Part shown: one piece after another, positions 59,301 to 64,000 of the stretch
Layout of the letters: every line of letters begins with the position of its first letter
Numbering within the stretch: the stretch's first letter is position 1
Assembly (NCBI GenBank): GCA_013265495.1
Contig: MU057887.1
Span: forward strand, 1,747,985-1,811,984
DNA: 64,000 nt
From: Vicugna vicugna
Taxonomy: Eukaryota
Direction of reading: 5' to 3'
Notes under the pieces: model-generated
The model's database searches: none
Told to the model about the DNA's origin: nothing
Seen by the model: only the letters and a program-made list of their open reading frames with translations
Made by a program: the position numbers and the translations under genes

Positions 59301-59995
59301 GTAGCTGAATATGCACTAAGTCCAAATTATGTTTGTAAAAAATGTATTACAAGCTTTAATTTCTAGAATATTAAAAATGGGAATATATATGCAAATGCAG
59401 TTTAATCAGCCGTCTGACCTCCCAGCGTCCAGCTGCTGGGTGCCTGGTGACGGCAGCTTCCTTCTGGGCAGGGGCCCCGTCCTCCTGTGTGGCCCTGCTC
59501 TATTTCCATGGCCGGAACTTTCTAGTTGTTGGCCTTTCCGTCCTTGCCTCTCACAGGCCACTCGTCGGATCCCTGACGTCCAGCTGTGTCGTCGTGGGTA
59601 GAGGCCCGTGTGTCAGGGTTGACAGGCTCGCCCTCTCCGGACCCGGGTTCAGATCCCGAGCCCTGCGCCTGCAGCGGAGTGGCCTTGGGCGTGTCTGTGG
59701 CCCGGCTCTCCGCTTGTGTCGCACGCCTGCGGCTCAGGCTCCACGTGATCCTTGGGTTCCCCCTCTGGGAGGTGATGGGGGCTGGAGCCCGACCTGTAGC
59801 CACAGCTCCCTCTGTTGGTGGCCGAGGTCCGAGAGTCCCCTCCTAGCCGCCAGCTCCCAGCTGAGGGAGAGCACTCACCACGGCGCCCACCCTCGAGGCC
59901 GGTGTGGGTCCCTCCCTGTGTCCTCATGCTGGGGTCGCCGCTGTCCTCAGCATCCTGCCTGTCTGGTTCCCGAAGCCTCTTCCACATGGCTCATG

Positions 59996-60232
59996 TTTTT
60001 TTTAGTTGAAGTACGTGGGTTTACGACGTTGCGTAATTCCAGGTGCACAGCACAGCGATTCAGTCGCACGTGTGCGCGTCTGTGTCCTTTTCCTGGTCTT
60101 CTCCCTTACGTGGCGTTACTACAAGGCATTGATACAGTTCCCCGTGCTGCACAGCAGGACCTTGCCGGTTATCTGCTCTGTCCGTAGCAGTGTGTATCTG
60201 CGCATCCTGAACTCCGCTTTATCCCTCCCCGC
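59996..60232 (-). mobile_element. Short L1 3' end copy, heavily GC-shifted
   Basis: ttttttttagttgaagtac...cagttccccgtgctgcacagcagg...gtatctgcgcatcctgaa aligns by eye with the L1 3' UTR at 55695-55930. Confidence 0.85.
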
Positions 60233-63200
60233 CAGCATGGGCACTTGAACCGGCCCCCCTGGGGGAGGCTGGCATGCGGCATGTGCGGCGTCCCTCCCTC
60301 TGCCTCTGCTCTGGGCTCACAGCCTCCAAAAGGCCCTTGGAAAGCTTTGGCAGATGTCGCTTTGCCCAGCCGTGAACCTGGAGCCCCACGGAGTGAGGCC
60401 TCATCTGGACAGACAGACAGACCGCAGCCTGCGGGGAGGGCTGCAGGGATCTCAGGGAGGGACAGGGCATGGGTGCTGCTCAGCTTACATGACAAGCCTC
60501 TGGGGGGCCCCAGAAATGCTTGGGGAGCACAGTCTCGAGGGGAAGTCGGGGTCCCCTTCCAGCCAGGCCGAGGAGGTGCAGGCCGCGGTGGGGTGTTGAG
60601 CTTGTGTGGTGTGTTTGTTTCCTGGGGCTCAGCCGCCCAGCACCGTGCACTGGGTGGTGTGACTTCATCTTAACTGTGTCTCAGAAACTCTGGTTCCCAG
60701 GAAGGCCGTGTTCACAGGTCCCCCGGAGCTGGCCATGAAGATGTCCTTCTGGGGGGCGCAGTTAAACCTGCATCACATGGGCTCTCCCGGCCCCGCGTGT
60801 GGTGGTCGTGCTGAGTAAGGAGCACCGGCCGGCGGGACCCTCCTTCGTGTCAGCCTGTCCCTGCCCTCCTGGTCGGCGTGCCAGGCAGACCAGTGCTTGG
60901 TCGGCCCGGGGAGCTGTGTGGGGCAGTCTCACTGCTCCGTTCTGGGCAGCTGTGTCCAAGGAGGCCACGTGTGCTCAGTAAACACAGGATCAGGAAAATT
61001 GCAGTCTCTGTCGAATGTACAGATTGAGCTGTTCGACTCTGTGGTTAATGTCAGGAAGGATTAAATGGTTCAATCTGATCCATTTCGCCTGATGGCATTT
61101 TAAGTACAGAAATGATAGTACATTTTCAGGAAAAAAAAAAGTCCTTTTCTCATGGCTGTGAATGCAGTTACGAGTAAACCTCCGTGGCTTTGGAGACCAC
61201 CCTGGGTCTGGCCCTGCCCAGCAGTGGGACAGAGCTGGGCCCCCTGGTGCGGTCACTGGCACCGTGAAGCCAAACCCTGGGCACAGCTCGCGGTCTCCAC
61301 GAGGGGCTTCATCTTCCGTTATCCTCGGGTCTCTGGCGCGGCGAGGTGTCAGGGCTGAGCTGCTTCTAACTAAATTTCACAAAGAAAAGAAGGTTAACTC
61401 CAGAAGTGACTTTCTTTCCTGCAGCTGACGTGTCTTTTGGAAAACAGACCATACATGTTAATCTCCGTCGTCACCACGAGGCAGCTGTAAAGGATGTGTC
61501 AGTGTTTCTGTAAACCAGAGGCATCTCAGTCGTAAATTAAGGTAATTTTTTAATCTGTTTCTGGCTCTTTACTAATAACACCAGTGGAAGGTTACCGAGC
61601 TCCAGCTCCGGCTGCAGAGTCGTGTGAGCACAGACGTCGTCTTGCCCAGGGGTGGCCTTTCTCCCTGGCAGGTCAGCGAGCACCTCGGCAGGGCCGTCTC
61701 CCGCCACCTACCTGGCCAGGTGCGCCTGGAGCTGCTCCGGGACAGGGGGTCGAGGAATGTATTTTGTTGAAGATTTCCTCTCGCTGCCGTGCTTCTCCAA
61801 GGGGACCCGGCAGGGTCTCTCAATTCGGAGGGCTGAGCTGATTGGTTGGGTCCCTGGAGGAGACCTAAGGGATGGTGTCCTCAGATTTCCCCCTCTAGTT
61901 TTAGGGACTGAGAGGTTAAAGGTCTTGAAGTCTCTGCTTTTCCCTGCCCGATACCTCCTCTGGACCAAACGTGGGGAGGGCGGGGGAGCCAGGGCCGCTC
62001 TGCCCGGAGCCTGGTCCCCGGCTGGCTGCGATGTGTGCCGGGGTAGGTAGGAGGAGTCTGGGGAGACGCTGAGCTGTGTTGTGGATCCACTGAGCTGGAG
62101 GACCTTGGGCATATCTGGGGACCATCGCCAGTGGCCGGCTAGATGCAGGGGTCCGGGAAAGACCGGCCTCATCTGCGGGCCCGTGGCGCTGCGGGCTGGC
62201 GGGTGTACAGGAAGTGTGCTTAAAGCAACCCAGGAGGACAGGCAGGGAAGGCAGTTGACTTCATCAGACACTTTGCCACTGTGACATGCCAGCAGCGTTT
62301 CGGGAACTAAGCCACCGGCAGTGAATACGTGCAAAGCACAGGGTCACTGCTCAAAGAGTCGGTGGTTTTGCTGAAAAGAGAAAGTGCCCCCAAAGACGTG
62401 AAAACAGCCGCAAAGCCACCTCCCTCTCAGTGCAGGAATCCCCAGGTGGGTGGCTGCAGAGGGAGGTTGGGGAGGAGGGGGTGGGCTGCTGCTGGGCCCC
62501 CAGAGCCCCAGCTGGCCTGTGGCTCAGCCCTGCAGCACCGAAGCTCGCCCGGGGCGCCCTGCTCCTTTAGGGTCGGACTCGCCACACCCGGCGCTGTGCT
62601 GCCGAGCTGCCATCCCTGTCACACAACTCCTGCAGGTCCGTGCTCAGGGTCCTGGAGGGCTGAGCTTGCCTGGGCAGCCAGCTTCCCTGCATCACCCACT
62701 GAGTCCTGCCCGGGAGCAGCTGTCCCCTGGGGCGGTGAGGACTCCCCCGCCCCAGGATGGACTCGGCCTCAGAGCGCGCAAGTGTCCCTGCTCTCACCCC
62801 AGCCTGCTTCTCTGTCTGGTCGGATGCTTGCTCTGGATGGGCAACTGCAGAGGAGTTTGGAGGAGGGTTACACTGGGGCGGCGCTGCGCCTGCAGACCTC
62901 CTGCGGTGTCCGCAGCCTGATGTGCCTGGCCCGGCGCCAGTGCGCCGTGACGACCCCTCCTAAGCGCTCTGCCTCTCCATCCGGGACCCTGGAGGCGGGG
63001 TGGGGGGCAGCTGGAAGGTGAGCCCAGAGCCGGCTTTCCCGCCATTGTTTTGCATTAAGAAATCCTGCCTCCTCCTTTGTTCATCATAACAACGAAGAGG
63101 CGAGACTCAGGAGGGAGAGCCAGGCGTGCGGAGATGGGCATGGACTCACAAAGGACAGACAGGGCCTCCCTGCCCTCCTGGCGGCTTCCCGTTGTGGACA

Positions 63201-63447
63201 TGGTGACCTCTGAACACAGTCGGCGCAGCGGGTGAAGACGCCAGCAGCACAGGTGCCAGCGGCCTGGGCTTCCTGCAGGAGGGCACAGGCCGGCCACCCA
63301 GCTCTGCCCTTTCCAGCCCGGCATGGTGGGAGGTGTCGTGCATCTTCAGGGATCAGGCTAGAACAGGCAGAGATGCTGGGGCTGGAGTCAGGACCTCTGA
63401 GGGGAACGTGGCCGTTTCTGCAGTAACTTGAAAAACACAGATTAAGA

Positions 63448-63498
63448 ACACACACACGCGCGCGCGCGCACACACACACACACCCACACACCCACCCC
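63448..63498. repeat. Compound (CA)n(CG)6(CA)n microsatellite
   Basis: acacacacacgcgcgcgcgcgcacacacacacacac, then ccacacacccacccc. Confidence 0.95.
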
Positions 63499-64000
63499 AT
63501 GCTTTGCTTAGCATTTGGCCAGCTTCTCAAAGCTCTCCGGGCTCTCCCAGCCTTGTCTCTCTGTAGCACACTTGTCCATCTGTCTGTCTGTCCATCTGTT
63601 CATATTTGATGCTCTGAGCACCTGTGTGGAGACTTGGACCCGTCCTAGTGCTACGTGCTGGACGTGGAAAGACAAAGGAGAATGCATCCTGCCGTGGGGC
63701 CTTCGGGTGAGGAGGGTCAGGGCAGGGGCTCCCTCACTGCAGCCGGTACAAAGCGCGAGGCGGGGATGGCCGAGGAGGGTGGCCTGGCTGTCGGGCCGCA
63801 GGCGGGCTTCTGGTCTCCCGGCTTGTTTTCCTGGCAGGCGGGCAGCGGGGGCCTTGCGGGCGGAAGTGCCTTTGCGCGACCCACCGTCGGGGAGAGGACC
63901 CTGTCCCCCGGGTCTGCCCTCCTCTGCCGGCGTCCCTGGGATGCGGACACCACACTGGGCTGTCTGGAGAGCCTGCCTCACCCAGGCCGTCCGTGTTTCT

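Larger units (their letters stand above)
1..64000 (+). other. TBC1D22A: Intragenic region of TBC1D22A (3 exons, 2 complete introns of about 17.6 and 18.7 kb, 2 partial introns)
   Basis: Three exons splice in frame with compatible phases. The peptide has MKVKMLEELVSRIDEQVHRHLDQHEVRYLQF, which matches TBC1D22A rather than the paralogue TBC1D22B (from recall). Confidence 0.93.

Noticed and set aside
1-64000. Hundreds of 60-307 aa ORFs on both strands (e.g. 50489-51412, 47293-48135, 3000-3803, 23892-24680)
   Set aside because: They are rich in Pro/Gly/Arg/Ala, overlap in all frames, show no domain similarity and often start at non-ATG codons. This is expected from stop-codon depletion in GC-rich intron DNA.
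44038-64000. Next TBC1D22A exon (SEP..GFSHFHLYVCAAFL-like) and last exon
   Set aside because: No such peptide was found in any frame. It presumably lies beyond the window, as does the upstream GYVQG-containing exon.

Overview
Mammalian genomic DNA, GC- and CpG-rich, lying entirely inside the + strand gene TBC1D22A (Rab-GAP, TBC domain). Three consecutive internal coding exons are present (7426-7535, 25165-25240, 43910-44037; all AG/GT, phases 1-0, 0-1, 1-0). They splice into one frame, (D)GEDVAAADVSRVPADVLRNVEADTYWCMSKLLDGIQ-DNYTFAQPGIQMKVKMLEELVSRID-EQVHRHLDQHEVRYLQFAFRWMNNLLMRELPLSCTVRLWDTYQ, the C-terminal part of the TBC domain. No start codon, stop codon or neighbouring exons were found. 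The rest is intron containing decayed transposons (L1, L2, MIR, MaLR and ERV1 LTRs, hAT-Charlie, Tigger), a tRNA-derived SINE of camelid type (species inferred, not proven), short tandem repeats and a 165-nt N gap. The ORF track is almost entirely GC-rich noise. I found no new protein-coding system and nothing prokaryotic. The best leads are (1) a 25-bp minisatellite forming five evenly spaced STAT/GAS motifs, (2) strong AT-to-GC, CpG-creating drift in transposon relics and possibly in the exons, consistent with GC-biased gene conversion, and (3) AT-rich non-repeat islands with shared homeodomain motifs that look like enhancers. Repeat family names and orthologue comparisons are from remembered consensus sequences, and repeat boundaries are approximate.
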